NCBI GenBank assembly: GCA_050575255.1 | Contig: JBNZDD010013567.1 | Span: forward strand, 1,050,001-1,114,000 | DNA from: Harriotta raleighana | Lineage: Eukaryota | Direction: 5' to 3' | DNA: 64,000 bases | Part shown: piece after piece, positions 36,052 through 48,675 of the stretch | Position numbering within the stretch: position 1 is the stretch's first letter | Layout: every line of letters begins with the position of its first letter | Translations under genes and position numbers: made by a program | The notes under the pieces: generated by a model | What the model saw: the letters and a program-made list of their open reading frames with translations, nothing else | The model's database searches: none | Told to the model about the DNA's origin: nothing

Positions 36052-36846
36052 TTTAGTCCTTGAAATAGTACCCTGAAAATGCTGACCTAAGTCTATATTA
36101 TTGTAGATTCCTGTTTTATGTCTTGAACAGTTATCTGCAAGCAGAGTTGCACAAAATCCTGTTTAACTTAGTATTGAAAATTAGTATTGCAATATTTTGA
36201 ACTCTCTTCGTAGCAAACATTATCTGTCGGATGCTCTTTCTCAACTACTCTTTATTCTTCAAATAGTGGAGTCATTCATGAATGCTGTATACATTATGGA
36301 GCCCGTTCATATCCCTCTAGGCACTTCCTGATAAATGTCTTGTTCATTCCTTCACTAAAAAATGAATTGGCTGAATTTTCTTTCATCTTATCTAATTCAG
36401 AAATTTAAAGCAAAAGACATCTTCACTGCTGTGTGGGTGGAGCTCTGAATTCCCTAAACAAATTGACATTCCATGGTGGCTATTTTCAGAAAGGAGTGGG
36501 TGTTTAGACAGTTTAGTTAATTTTGCTTTGTTGGTCTTGATTCTGTGACAATATCACCGAGCTAACCAGATCCCACTGTCCTTTAACAAGTTGCCATTAC
36601 AGTACTTAGGCATTCTGATTTAGGTCATCTCATTAGAAATATTGTTATGCAGTGTTAACGTTTTGACCCTTACAAATGAACTCTCTAAACCAATGCTGTG
36701 GCCCAGGTCATTTACCAAACGTATCATTTTGGGAGAGAAACAGGGTAAGTAAGACACACTTCTGCAAAGTAGAACTTTATATCTTTTTCACAACAAACGT
36801 AATAAGGTGTTTCCTTGCCAGCAAAGCAATTCACAGTGATGGTAAC

Positions 36847-36960
36847 AATAATAATCCTTGCATTTAATATACCATCATGTCTTCGAGACGTCTTAAAGCG
36901 CTTCACAGAACATACTTCACAGAACATACTGTAAAGTCGGTAGTTGGTATTGTGTAGGTG
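36847..36960 (-). mobile_element. Young SINE 3' fragment with internal 16-bp duplication (cttcacagaacatact twice)
   Basis: Matches the family tail. Confidence 0.7.
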
Positions 36961-38357
36961 AAAGGTGCACACAACAGAGTATAATTGGCAAGATGCAGGA
37001 TTGGTTATTTAGTAAATATGCAGGGTACATTTGAACTTCTGGATGCAGTTTACAGCATTTTGCTTTCAAAGTATCGAGCACGATTCTAAAATTCATAACC
37101 ACCTCATGAAGAAACTTGGTTTTATTAGAGTAACTAGTTGTTAACAGGATTATTGAGATGGACCCCAGGATCTTTTGTAATTCTTCATATTCCTATGTTT
37201 CTTTGAAGAACAACATTTGGGATGTTGCTTGGTTTTAACATCTGGGGTCAATGAGAAACTTTACAGAACAATTCCAGAAAAGATTTAACATGCATGGATT
37301 AGATCTTTGAGTAAATTGTGTGTGAGGGTGTGTGTGTGTGTGTGTATCTATATCTATATATATATATCTCTCTCTCAAGGTGTTAGCTCTTTTTTTTCTT
37401 TGAAAGCACAATCTTTTTCAGTAATTACATTGAAGCACAATGTTGGAAGTACAGATTGTACTTATTTTGATAAAAGCAATGATCGGTTCGTCACCTTCCT
37501 GCAACAATCCTATTTGTTATTAATCAATAAAAAGAATCAGCATTGAACTTCAAGTTCATCAACAAACCTTTATTTTCTCTGTGTTTCTGACAACTATGAA
37601 CTCCAGCTGTAGCCATTCACTTCTATTTTGCCTGGATGTTGCATAAAATGTGTTTGTACAATTTGAAAGGGCCTGTTTTAACCACATTTTCGAAAGAATG
37701 TGGCACTTGATGAATAAATAGTCAGCAGTTTGGGGCATCTTTAAAATAATGCTTTGAAAATTAATTTACTTCTGCACATTTAAATTTTGTGGGATTTATG
37801 AGATGATTCATTTTGTGCCCAATTTCCAAACTAGGTTCTAAGTGTAATAGGATAATAAACAATTTAAGCGGCTAGCAGTTTACAACAACTGTCCGAAATC
37901 AGTTATATAATCCAGTTGTTGTTCCTGTTTACTTTCCTTTGAGTTCAATCTTTCATTGTCGTAATAATAATCCTTGCGTTTCATATAGTGCTTTTCACGT
38001 CTTCTAGACGTACACAATAAGGTAAATTCAGATCAGTAACACAACTAAGTTTGTCCTGTATGGGAGAAATGTATTTGTACTCTGTATAAAGATAATTGGC
38101 AGTGAGCTCCAGCTGTGGATTTCAAGCAATTCATCTGTATTTAGCTTGCCCAAGTTGGTAACACTCCCAACATCTGGGTTAACCCACATCTGTACTTCAA
38201 CTTGGGCTGTCACTGGAGCCCTAAACAGGGGCTATGCTGCATTGTCAGCGATGTGGTCTTTTGAATGAAATGTTAAATGTAAATTAACTGTCAGTTTGTC
38301 TGTTCTCCAGGTGGATGTTAAAAGATTCCATGACACTTCATAGATTTGAAGTCCTGC

Positions 38358-38654
38358 AGTTCAGTGTTTAGAGCACTGGCCGTACAAACGTGAGACCTGT
38401 ATTTCTAATCCAGGCAGGTCAGGGTGAAACCTGGGGCAAGTTTCCTTACTCCACATGCCTAATAATAATCCGTAAAAAAACAACTAAAAACCCTATAATA
38501 AATTGATTATTTCAATCCACGACTGTTTGTGGGACACTGCTGTGCACAATTGGCTGCTGTATTTCCCCCACAAATATACATTCAATTGACTTTACAGAAT
38601 TTTCTGTGAAGTTCTTTGAAACGTCTAGAAAAGCTAGGATTATTAGATTATTAA
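38358..38654 (+). mobile_element. Full-length young SINE about 0.9 kb upstream of MC1R, preceded by an old Deu-SINE fragment at about 38220-38340
   Basis: agttcagtgtttagagcactggccgtacaaacgtgagacctg...aatccaggcaggtcagggtgaaacc...caattggctgctg...ggattatt. Confidence 0.85.
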
Positions 38655-39486
38655 TAATTTTTATAATATAATAATTATTAATATCATGCCGAATTGCTGC
38701 AGTTAACCTGACCACGAGTGTTAGCGAGAGAGACGTAGCTGAGAAAGTCTGTGCAGTTTGGAATGCAATAATCTGCTGTCATTCTGGATTGATTGCTCAA
38801 AGAGTCAAACATCAAGAAAACAGATGATCTTTGATTCTTTCCACTTCACGTCCAGCCATTCCCGAGCAACTGCCAATCAATTGAGAGGACGCCGGGGAAG
38901 ACACTTGTGATAGGTTGATGAATGTCTAGATTTAATGGGTTGTGCTGTGTTGAGTGCCTGATCTTTTATGAGAGTTTATTTTCTGAGCATTTTTTCCCCA
39001 ACATCATGCGTTCCATTTGGCTTTTAACAAACCAGCAAGTTTAATGAAGCCGTCTTGCAGAAAGTCCAGGAAACCAAACCGTTGCAGAAAGAGCTTTGTG
39101 TCTTTCAGAAACCATCTCTTAAATTCATTAGTTGAGAAGCAACTAAAGTCAACATCAATGAAACAAGCAACGTCGCATCAGAATCTTACAGTGAATGTGA
39201 CAGCAGAAAAACTCTTGCCCTCTGGAAACAGCTGATGAACATACAAGCAGCCCAGCCTTGAAGGGGACGAGTAACTTATTTCATACCATTGATTCTTTCG
39301 GGGTTTATTTTAAGTTACGTTAAGGATTCTCCTATCTATTACCGAGAAGCTGGAATCATCGGTTGGACTAGGATTTTCTATGTGTTAATCAGGTTGTTCA
39401 GCCCTCAGCAATCCAGTGAGGAACAGTGAACACCCAATTGAAGCTTTAATCTTCTTGCTGCCTATCTCCACATTAGCTTCAGTGGA

Positions 39487-39535
39487 CAGTTAGTTAGTTT
39501 GTTAGTCAGTCAGTCAGTCAGTCAGTTAGTCAGTC
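39487..39535. repeat. (GTTA/GTCA)n microsatellite immediately 5' of the MC1R start codon
   Basis: agttagttagtttgttagtcagtcagtcagtcagtcagttagtcagtc. Confidence 0.9.
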
Positions 39536-39545
39536 TTATCAAACG

Positions 39546-40499
39546 ATGAATGTCACAGCTTTGTCTCCTTTCGGGAGATCACCTGAAGATAACAGGTTCC
39601 ACTGGCTGCCACACAGTGCTAACAGTTCCTCCAATTTGTCAGCTGCGGCATGTCAACATGTTAATGTCCCAGACGAGATTTTCTTGTCATTTGGGATTGT
39701 GAGTTTGGTGGAAAACATTCTGGTGATGACAGCAATCATTAAGAACCGGAATTTGCATTCCCCTATGCACTATTTCATCTGTTGCCTGGCAGCAGCAGAT
39801 ACGCTGGTCAGTGTCAGTAACATGGTGGAGACTGTGGTTCTTATTCTAATGGAGCGAGGAGTTATGGTAGTGCAGAACTATCTCCTCAAGCAGATAGACA
39901 ACCTGATAGATATGATGATCTGTAGTTCAATAGTTTCATCGCTCTCTTTCCTTGGAGCCATCGCTGTTGACAGGTATATCACTATCTTCTACGCCTTGCG
40001 CTATCACACCATCATGACAAGACGACGCGCTGTGGCCATCGTGGTTGGTATCTGGGTGGTCAGCATCGTCTCCAGCACCATCTTCATCATCTTCTCGGAA
40101 AGCAGCGCAGTGGTCATCTGCCTCATCTCCTTCTTCTTCGCGATGGTGATCTTCATGGGGGCCCTGTACCTCCACATGCTTACTCTTGCCCGAATCCACG
40201 CCAAGCGGATCGTAGCCCAACACCAGAAGCGAACACTTCACCAAGCCACCAGCATGAAAGGAGCCATTACATTCACCATCTTGTTTGGCGTCTTCCTCAT
40301 TTGCTGGAGTCCTTTCTTTCTTCACCTCATCCTAATTATCCTCTGCCCTACCAACCCGTACTGTCAGTGCTTCACCTCGCATTTCAATATATTTCTGATA
40401 CTCATCATTTGTAACTCTGTCATTGATCCGATCATCTACGCTTTCAGAAGCCAGGAACTCCGCTGTACTTTAAAGAAACTAATTTGCTGTTCCTGGTAA
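39546..40499 (+). CDS. MC1R: Melanocortin 1 receptor (class A GPCR), single coding exon, 317 aa
   Basis: Seven TM segments with melanocortin receptor motifs SLVENILV, KNRNLHSPM, AVDRYITIFYALRYH, CWSPFFLHL and NSVIDPIIYAFRSQELR; MC1R-type C-terminus CCSW; upstream of beta-tubulin as in human. Confidence 0.95.
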   Translation: MNVTALSPFGRSPEDNRFHWLPHSANSSSNLSAAACQHVNVPDEIFLSFGIVSLVENILVMTAIIKNRNLHSPMHYFICCLAAADTLVSVSNMVETVVLILMERGVMVVQNYLLKQIDNLIDMMICSSIVSSLSFLGAIAVDRYITIFYALRYHTIMTRRRAVAIVVGIWVVSIVSSTIFIIFSESSAVVICLISFFFAMVIFMGALYLHMLTLARIHAKRIVAQHQKRTLHQATSMKGAITFTILFGVFLICWSPFFLHLILIILCPTNPYCQCFTSHFNIFLILIICNSVIDPIIYAFRSQELRCTLKKLICCSW

Positions 40500-40727
40500 G
40501 GTGCCCGGACCTAAATCATTTTTTTAATATAACAAACAAAACAGGGATGGATGTCCTGCCAAAGTTAAAGGCCTGACATAAATCCTGTTTGTTGTTGTAA
40601 TATCAGTTCTTACAGTGTTTTGTTTTTGGCTGATACTCTTAACTAACCTTTTATTTTCTGAAATGCTCATTTGGTTTGAAAGTGACTTGTTTCCTCTTCT
40701 ACACATGTTAGGGGACAGGAAGGGACA

Positions 40728-40733
40728 AATAAA
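40728..40733 (+). terminator. Candidate MC1R poly(A) signal
   Basis: First AATAAA after the stop, about 230 nt downstream. Confidence 0.4.
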
Positions 40734-41025
40734 CTTGTTTCCTTAATGCTGCACATTCAAAGCATCATGTATCCTTTCTATTTCCTATCTTTTACCTCTG
40801 TGTGTATATCAACGTTTTCACAATCTATTTCTTCACAGTCTTGTCAAAGAATCCCCCACCACACACACACACATATCCACCAAGACCAGGGAACCGTTAT
40901 AGCTTTGATACCAGTGTGTGATGAGGAACTATTTTGACCTGAATTTTGTTAAGTTGATATATATAGACTGACGTAAGACTTTTTAGTCATCAAATTGTCT
41001 CTTTGCATTCCCCCACTCCCAACTC

Positions 41026-41030
<5 letters not shown>

Positions 41031-41063
<33 letters not shown>
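41031..41063. repeat. (CA)n microsatellite
   Basis: About 16 perfect units. Confidence 0.95.
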
Positions 41064-41067
<4 letters not shown>

Positions 41068-41603
41068 TCTCGATAGGAATACAATGTTTCCTGCAACACC
41101 TTAAAAATATCTATGAGAATCCATTGCCTAAGATTCGAATCCACGTTGCAAATATGGTAAATGCAGTTACAGTTTACTAGAGTAAAAAAAATCAGAGGCA
41201 TTTATATATTGGTCCCCAAATGGCATTTGGCAGCATTAAAACAAAGCTAAAATAATAGTTTTGTCTCTTATTTTGTGAAAGTCATACACATTTGGAATAA
41301 CAATTTAGTTGTGGAAATCCATCCTGTTAATTAAAATCCACTACCATATAAAAGAAAATAATTTTTATACTGTTGAAAGAATAACTCCACCTATTTTAAA
41401 AGTTGCAAAGGTTCTTTGACACTCCAAAAATTACATCACGGTATCACACCACACTGGTTCATGTGTTTTATCAAACCTGGTGTACATTGAGTTCATTGAA
41501 TATTTGTTTCTAGTGGAGTGATAAAGCTACCTAAACATTTATACTTGCTGCAGTCGTGCACACTAATGTAGGAATGGAAAACTGTTAAACTTGACTATGA
41601 ATA

Positions 41604-41862
41604 TAATAAGAATAATTCTTGCATTTGATATAGCGCTTTTTACACTCAACGCTTCACAGAATATACTGTAAAGTGACTTGACTGTATATTTGTGGGCGAA
41701 ACTCAGCAGCCAATTGCTCACAGCGGTGTCCCACAAACAGTCATGGATTGAGTGACTAAATTATTATAGTTTTTTGGGGGGAGGAATTATTATTAGCCGT
41801 GTGCAATAAGGAAACTTGCCCGAGGTTAGATTTTAAACCACCTGAATTAGAAGCCAAACCTC
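41604..41862 (-). mobile_element. Young Deu-type SINE
   Basis: Colinear with the family consensus through aaggaaacttgccc. Confidence 0.85.
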
Positions 41863-43388
41863 AATTTGATATTTTACTGAGAGGATGATACCTCCAACAA
41901 CAACAATTTGCATTTGTTAGCACCATCCGCACAGCGTAGCATCCCAGAGTGTTTAACAAACCAGCAGCTTACCTGCCACTACACTGGTGGTTTGTGAGTC
42001 TTGCCTATCACTTTGGATAAGTTCACCATTCTGGGTGTTGCATTCACATCAATAGGTTCCCAGGGATTAAAGTACAGTTTGGCACTATTAATTCAAGGCT
42101 CTTGTCGCATTATATGCTTGATTTTGTAAATTAACTGCACTACCAAATAGTGTTTATTCATGCTCTTATCTATCTCAAAGCCATTACAAGAGACAAATTC
42201 AAAATTGTCCCATGGACCGAGTTGCCCAACAATGTATGAGATCATAAACCTTCTATCCCATTCATGAGTACCATCCCATGTATTAGTTACAATACAAGTA
42301 TGTACTTTAGTATAAAGAGAATTGAAAATGAATTATTAAGAAAGTGTGTTAACTTCCAACAATTACTGAGACATTGGATATAATTACACATTCATGTCAC
42401 ATACACAAAATGGATGTCTGTGATTTTATTTGGTTTCATAGGGACCTTGTTGAAAGAATGTAGTACAGATATTACATTAGAAAATGAATACAGTGTTTGT
42501 GGATCCTTAGTATAAATCATATCTCTGATATTTTGGTAAAGATTGCGCAGAATATTCATTTTAAAAGTTGCAATGAAAAATATCAGCTAAATATTCTATT
42601 AAAATTTAAAAAAAAGAATATTGAAATGTAAGCCTGATATAACTTTTTGTATATGTGTAATAAGTGAAAAGAATAACATGGTTAAATGTACTGATTAAGT
42701 GTATTACCAGATTTAAGTGACATCATTCTTTATTCTAGTTGCTTATTTACAGCACCATGTCCCATTCACCAATTTCAAGCAATTGTTTCAAAGTTTTTAT
42801 GGAGCTACCCTTAGATGATCAAATATCATCTCCACATCAGTTCTGCTCTGGTGAACATAATGTGCATACAGCAGGGGATATGAAATGTTCAATACTTTAA
42901 CAAAAATGCATTTGATTTCTTGATCTTACCTGAGCAGTCAAACCTCAAGATATACTTGTACAGAATGTAGATTTCCATTCTCACAAAATTGCTGGAAATT
43001 AAATAAATCTGTGTCAACACTTATCTTTAATTCTAGTTTACATTCTGTATTTATTGAAAGTAATCAATGCTTCAGTTGCTATATATATACATATATATAT
43101 ATACACACACATATGTTTAAAAAAAATTATGTGAGAACTCTGTCTGATATCCCGTGATATTGTAATCAAAATGTAAACTATGTCTCTGGGTGCTGGGACT
43201 CCATTTACTATATTTGTCACATTACAAGTACTTTTGATTAATTTTCTGATTCAGGTTTCGAGATACTTTGAGACAAACAAAACGTTTGATTAATAAAAGT
43301 TTTGATACCAGCGCTAATTTCATTGTTTTAAAAAAGTAATGTCTCACAGATTTGAAAATCTTAACTGGTGATTCATGTATCTAAAATA

Positions 43389-43540
43389 TAATAAAAATCT
43401 TTGCATTTGATAAGTGCCTTATCATGCCTTTTAAACAAAGCGCTTCACAGAATATACTGTAAAGTGAATTGACTGTATATTTGTAGGTGAAACACGGCAG
43501 TCAATTGTGCACAGTAGTGTCCCACAAATAGTAGTGGATC
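43389..43540 (-). mobile_element. Young SINE, 3' half
   Basis: aagcgcttcacagaatatactgtaaagtgaattgactgtatatttgt...gtgtcccacaaatagtagtggat. Confidence 0.8.
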
Positions 43541-46500
43541 AAATATAAAGATTTTAAAAATATATTTACTGATTGGAAGCAGGGAACAGTGTTTGAGAAT
43601 TGCAGAGGATTCTTGTAGAAATCACAAAATGGACTTTATACTTATCATTGATTGCCATTTCCAGACCTAAGAGGACTAACTTTTACATTCAGTTATACTC
43701 CTGCACTAACTGTAATACTGTACGAGTGAGACATCCCTCAATCAAACTATGTGATATTATTTCTCGCTGTTAAGTTGTTGGTTGATGTTCAGATACCAAA
43801 GTGCCAGCAGAACTAAATGTACAGTTATTTCTGAGATCTAAAGTGTGCCAATATCTAATGTGGTGAGAATCTAGTTTACTGGATTTCATAATGAGATTCT
43901 TTATTAAGGAATTCAAATGGTGACTTCTCCCGCTAACTGGAAGTATGTATATTGACCCATGGGAACTCTGCTCCAAAACTAAAGCCCATTTCCTTAATTA
44001 AGGAACCCTGTTCAAAACCGACATCATTTCTGAAAATGAATAATTCCAGGAGGAAAACTAAATTTAAAGTGTGATTAATCCCTTTAATAATGAATGATTA
44101 ATACCTTTAATGGAGGAAAGGTATACGCAGATGGAAAGGGAAGGCTTTCAATATCCAATTACTTGGCCATTGCTGGCCTGACATTCTGTCAATACAGTTG
44201 TAAATACTCACTTCTTCAGCTGCTCACAACTTTGTTTAGGTTTGTTAAGAATCTTATATTGAGGATTCTCTTCTAATTGTAGTTTTGTTTTTCAGATGGA
44301 TTACAGTGGAGTTTAGAAAATCAAGTATGGGAGATGGTGCTGTTCTCAGAAGCACTTTGTTATGGAGGTGGAGACAAGGATATGTGGAGGGATGGGAAAG
44401 TGGGAAGAGAGGTTCCCAGGTGAATGAACTAGTTCAGCTTACCCTGAATGGGACGAATGTGCTCTATTAATACAAATTCTACAAAATGACTGTGTGTAAC
44501 CTCTGCATTTTAAAACTGGCAGCAGATTTCCTATAACTATGTCTAATGTAATTTGAAAAATACCAAAAGTAATTTGAGACATTTTTAGTATAAGGAATAA
44601 CTTCACTGCATCTATAAAAGATCAAGCTGATTTGATTCAGACCTTGTGATCGTGATTGAAGTTAAGAAATATTTCAGTTCAGAGATAGGCTGGCCCACAT
44701 TCCCAAATCCCCGATGGAACACAGTCTGAATCAAAAATTCCTGTCAACAGGAAGAAGCTAAACAAAAAAAAATTATGTCAAAAACATGTTCAGAATAACG
44801 TAGCCTGAAACATTTATTATTGGGTATCATTAATAATTAAGTTAGCNTAAAAATTCCTGTCAACAGGAAGAAGCTCAACAAAAAATTTTTATGTTAAAAA
44901 CATGTTCAGAAAAACGTAGCCTGAAACATTTATTATTGGGTATCATTAATAATTAAGTTAGCAATCCTTGCATTTGATATAGTGGCTTATCACATTGTCA
45001 AAACATCTCAAAGTGCTATATTACTGGAGCCAATGAATAACCAATTTGATTTGGGGGTTTGTGGCCACGATAAAATCTCTTCTGGTTTTGAGACTAATGT
45101 TTGATTAAGTAGCTTTTATTTTAATACGGGACTTTGGCTTATTTACAGATATGGTGACCTCTCATAATGCAATGTTCCCATTGTAACCTTGTTCTGCCAA
45201 GTTTCATAAATGCCCCAACTTTCTGAAAATCACCTCTTATCACCATAATCTCATTAGGTTTATAAAAGGCACCCATCGCATCCTGTGATATTGTTGTGAA
45301 AACGTAAAATAAAAAAGTGCAGAATGTAACTCAGGGGCAGAATTGGATAATGTCCTCTTTCATGCCTGATTTTGGAAGTTGATCTACTATAATCTAAGAA
45401 GAATTGTATTAGTTTAGCACTTTTTGGTGGACTTCAGTTGCAGGAATTCATAATAATCATTTCATTTTATATTTTTATTGAAACACAAAATTTACACAAA
45501 TCTGAAATGTCAGTTGTGTAAAACTAAGGGGATGGTAGAATAACCCAAATGTCTGTCACTTCGACTGCATTGTTGAAACCTACATGTGCATTTTGTATTG
45601 ATGAAGCTGATACTTTATTACAAGAGAATTTTGGATATTAATTTGAATAAACATTTAATCTGAATTGATTGTTCCCATATTGTGTTCCTTGTTCCCAGTT
45701 AATGCAATGGGTGCACCATCACCACAGGACCCATTAACAAATGAATTACAATGATCTGGCTGCTCTCACGGAGGATACGACAACTAGATTAAACCTTTCA
45801 TCCTATCAGATTAGTTCAGAATAATGTTGGAACAGCTATCTGACAAGTTCATTCAGAAAATAGTATTATTCTAACCAGTTTTCTCGATTAGGTAATGATA
45901 CAATGCCCATCATTTAATGGAGGCAGTCCTGCACAACAATGTAAAAAGTTTAATATGGTACTTTGTTTTTGGGGGTATTTAATTTGGCTAATGTTGTCTT
46001 ACAGAATCATTAAGCATCTCTCCGTTCCATTCCAACATTGAACATTGAATATTAGGAAGTGAACTGTAGGTTGTATTGTGCTGATGTGGAAACATCTGCC
46101 TCCAGCAACTCTATGCATTTATTGCACATTTATTCACAGTAACTTTTTGTTTTTTGTAGCTGGTGTGGTTCTGAGGAATCAGGCGACATCATTAATAGAG
46201 CTTTAAAGTTGATTGTTTAGTTAAAAAAAAATCTGTGCAGCCTGGTACAGCTTGTGAAAAAACCACTCCTTAAGTATTGAATAAAGATATTCTATGTGAT
46301 CCAAACATAAATTAATGAAGCTGAATGGTGTAATGTGGCAGAATCCATGAATTAAAGATATGTGTTGAGCAGGCATTTTAAGGAGCATTTATTATTGCAT
46401 TTTTTAAAATTTGTTTTACAAGTATTCCCATCTCATCAACACAGAAATATACACTCTAGCCAATATTTTGTGAAGATGTACTCTTCATTTTCATATGCTT

Positions 46501-48074
46501 GCAACTATTTTATGTTCAACAGCAGTTATTTTAAGAACATTGAACAGTATTGTTTTGCTGACTGTGTGATCATTGCATCAACCCCTTCTCTCCCCTTAGG
46601 TCATGAGAGTTTGTGCTGGGAGAACGCATTTTATTTTTAAAATGTTTAAAATAAATATTGTACAATGCACAATGACAACAGAACTGTTCTTAAAGGGGAA
46701 GAGCTAAATATCATTAATTGATATGAGAACATGCAGCGCAATTTAATTCTCGCTAAGAAGAAAGATCATCGACTGCCGTCCCAGATAGACAGACAGACAG
46801 TTGCATCCACACCTGGATACTTCTGTTGGGGGAAATTCCACCTGGATCTCGATGTATTCATTTTGATTATAATAATAATCCTAGCATTTTAAGATGTCAA
46901 GAGTTTGTCAAATTGTTTTTAAAAAAAACAAATTTGTCAGCTAGATGTCTGACAGATGCGTAAATCCATCACCATGATATAAAGATTATCCAAACAAACC
47001 CGGCTGAGATTTTCATGCAACTCACCTACACATGAATATCCCAGAGATAGATTGTTGGATTGAAATGTGCACCCTCTCCCTAGAGTTTATCCAGCTAAAG
47101 TTGGTCATTCAACATGCAACAAGTGAAGCTTTGAACCCTCACTGGGTGGATTGCAGATACAAGGAACTCCCTCTGAACTTCCCGGTGAGCGAAACCTCTC
47201 AGTATGAAATGCGTATTGCCACCATGTCTCCCGGTCCACAGCTCAAGCACACATCCCTTCCCATTCAGCAATGGTTCTACCAATTGGAGTTGAGGAGTTT
47301 AAGCAGCAGCTGCTTGCCTTTCTGTAAGGCCAATCCAGGTGGATTGGAGGCGATGGACGTACAAATGTATTGGATTCCAGGTATCGCCTTGTATGATTCG
47401 ATTCCAGGTTACTCCTTCCAGCAGATGTCGCCCCAAACCTCAGAGTTTCCTCAACAATTTTCAGTCATAAGTTTGAAGCCTTGCTTTCCATAGTTGTTAA
47501 ACTTACAGAAAAACCAACGCCAAAATTAAGGCTGTGTTTTTTTTAAGAATTTACCAAATTGTGGGCATTCTGAAACGTTCCATCAAGTGAATCTAATCCT
47601 AGGTTAGGATTTCTCTCCATAGATCTACAAATTTTTGAGTTTCTTTCCTATAACTTGACAAGCTGAAAGAGGTAGAAGTGAAAACTGCAGAATATACTTT
47701 TGGCTTTGACATTAGCTTTATATTGGGGCTTATGTTTTATGGCTGGTGCCTCACTTCTGAGCACTTCTCCTTGTTGTGTCTGTTCTTCCGACCCCTCATT
47801 TACTCAAGTGGCGTTTAATGGTTTAAATAAAGTCATTTCAGGATCCCTTAAAAATTACCTCCAAAACTTTGCTAGTTAAACATGCTTTTTGTATCTGGGT
47901 TAAAATCTCTTGCAAGCTCTCACGTGATATCCGGTTCACGGATCTGCAATGCTTTGTATACTTTCCCCAGTACACTGTCTAACAATAACTTAAAAGATTT
48001 GCTCACCGTTATAGTACCTTTTGCAAATAGTGCTTGAAGTATGACTTTAAAAAAGTTAATTAAACACCAATCAA

Positions 48075-48393
48075 GAAATGTGCAGTTTTGTAGACAAAAC
48101 ATGGCAACCATTCTGCTCACAAATGGATATGAGACGAATGACCAATTAATCAGAATGATTTTTGACCAGGACACCAGGAGAAACTCGCTGCTTTTGTCAA
48201 ATAGTGACAAAGGTCTTCAACGACCTTCTGAACAGGCCGACATCAGGCAGCAGTTTAATATCTCCTCCAAAGAATAGCACCTCTAACAACACAGTGCTCC
48301 CAACAGTAAAGCACTGAGAGTTGGACTAGATTTTGAACTCAAGTCCCAATGTGGTTTCATCCCACAAACTTAAGGAACTGAGTCAAGCTGATA
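48075..48393 (-). mobile_element. Old SacSINE1/AmnSINE1-like SINE
   Basis: ccaggacaccaggagaaactc...caaatagtg...gtttaatatctc...agcacctctaaca...actgagtcaagctga is the antisense of the old-family body and head. Confidence 0.6.
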
Positions 48394-48675
48394 CCAAGTG
48401 TACACTGATTCTCTTACACATGGGTTCCACCCAGCAAAAGCAACATTTGTGCATATCTCCCACCAGACTGACAGGGCAAAGAGATATATGGTTCCTTAGG
48501 AACAGCCTTTCACTAACCTGATAAGGATAAAAACAACAAAAAATTATAAAATGGGAATGAATGAAGCTTTTGTTCCAATGTATCCAACCACAGATACCAG
48601 CAATTTACCTGCCAATTAGCATTACACTCAGAAACTATTGAGACACACTTTGATCCTTTACATGTGGCTCCTCAG

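Noticed and set aside
39936-40325. 129-aa antisense ORF inside MC1R
   Set aside because: A consequence of C-ending codon bias in the TM-coding region; no independent evidence.
44733-44962. ~114-bp tandem duplication
   Set aside because: Split by an N at 44847; most likely a contig-overlap artefact.
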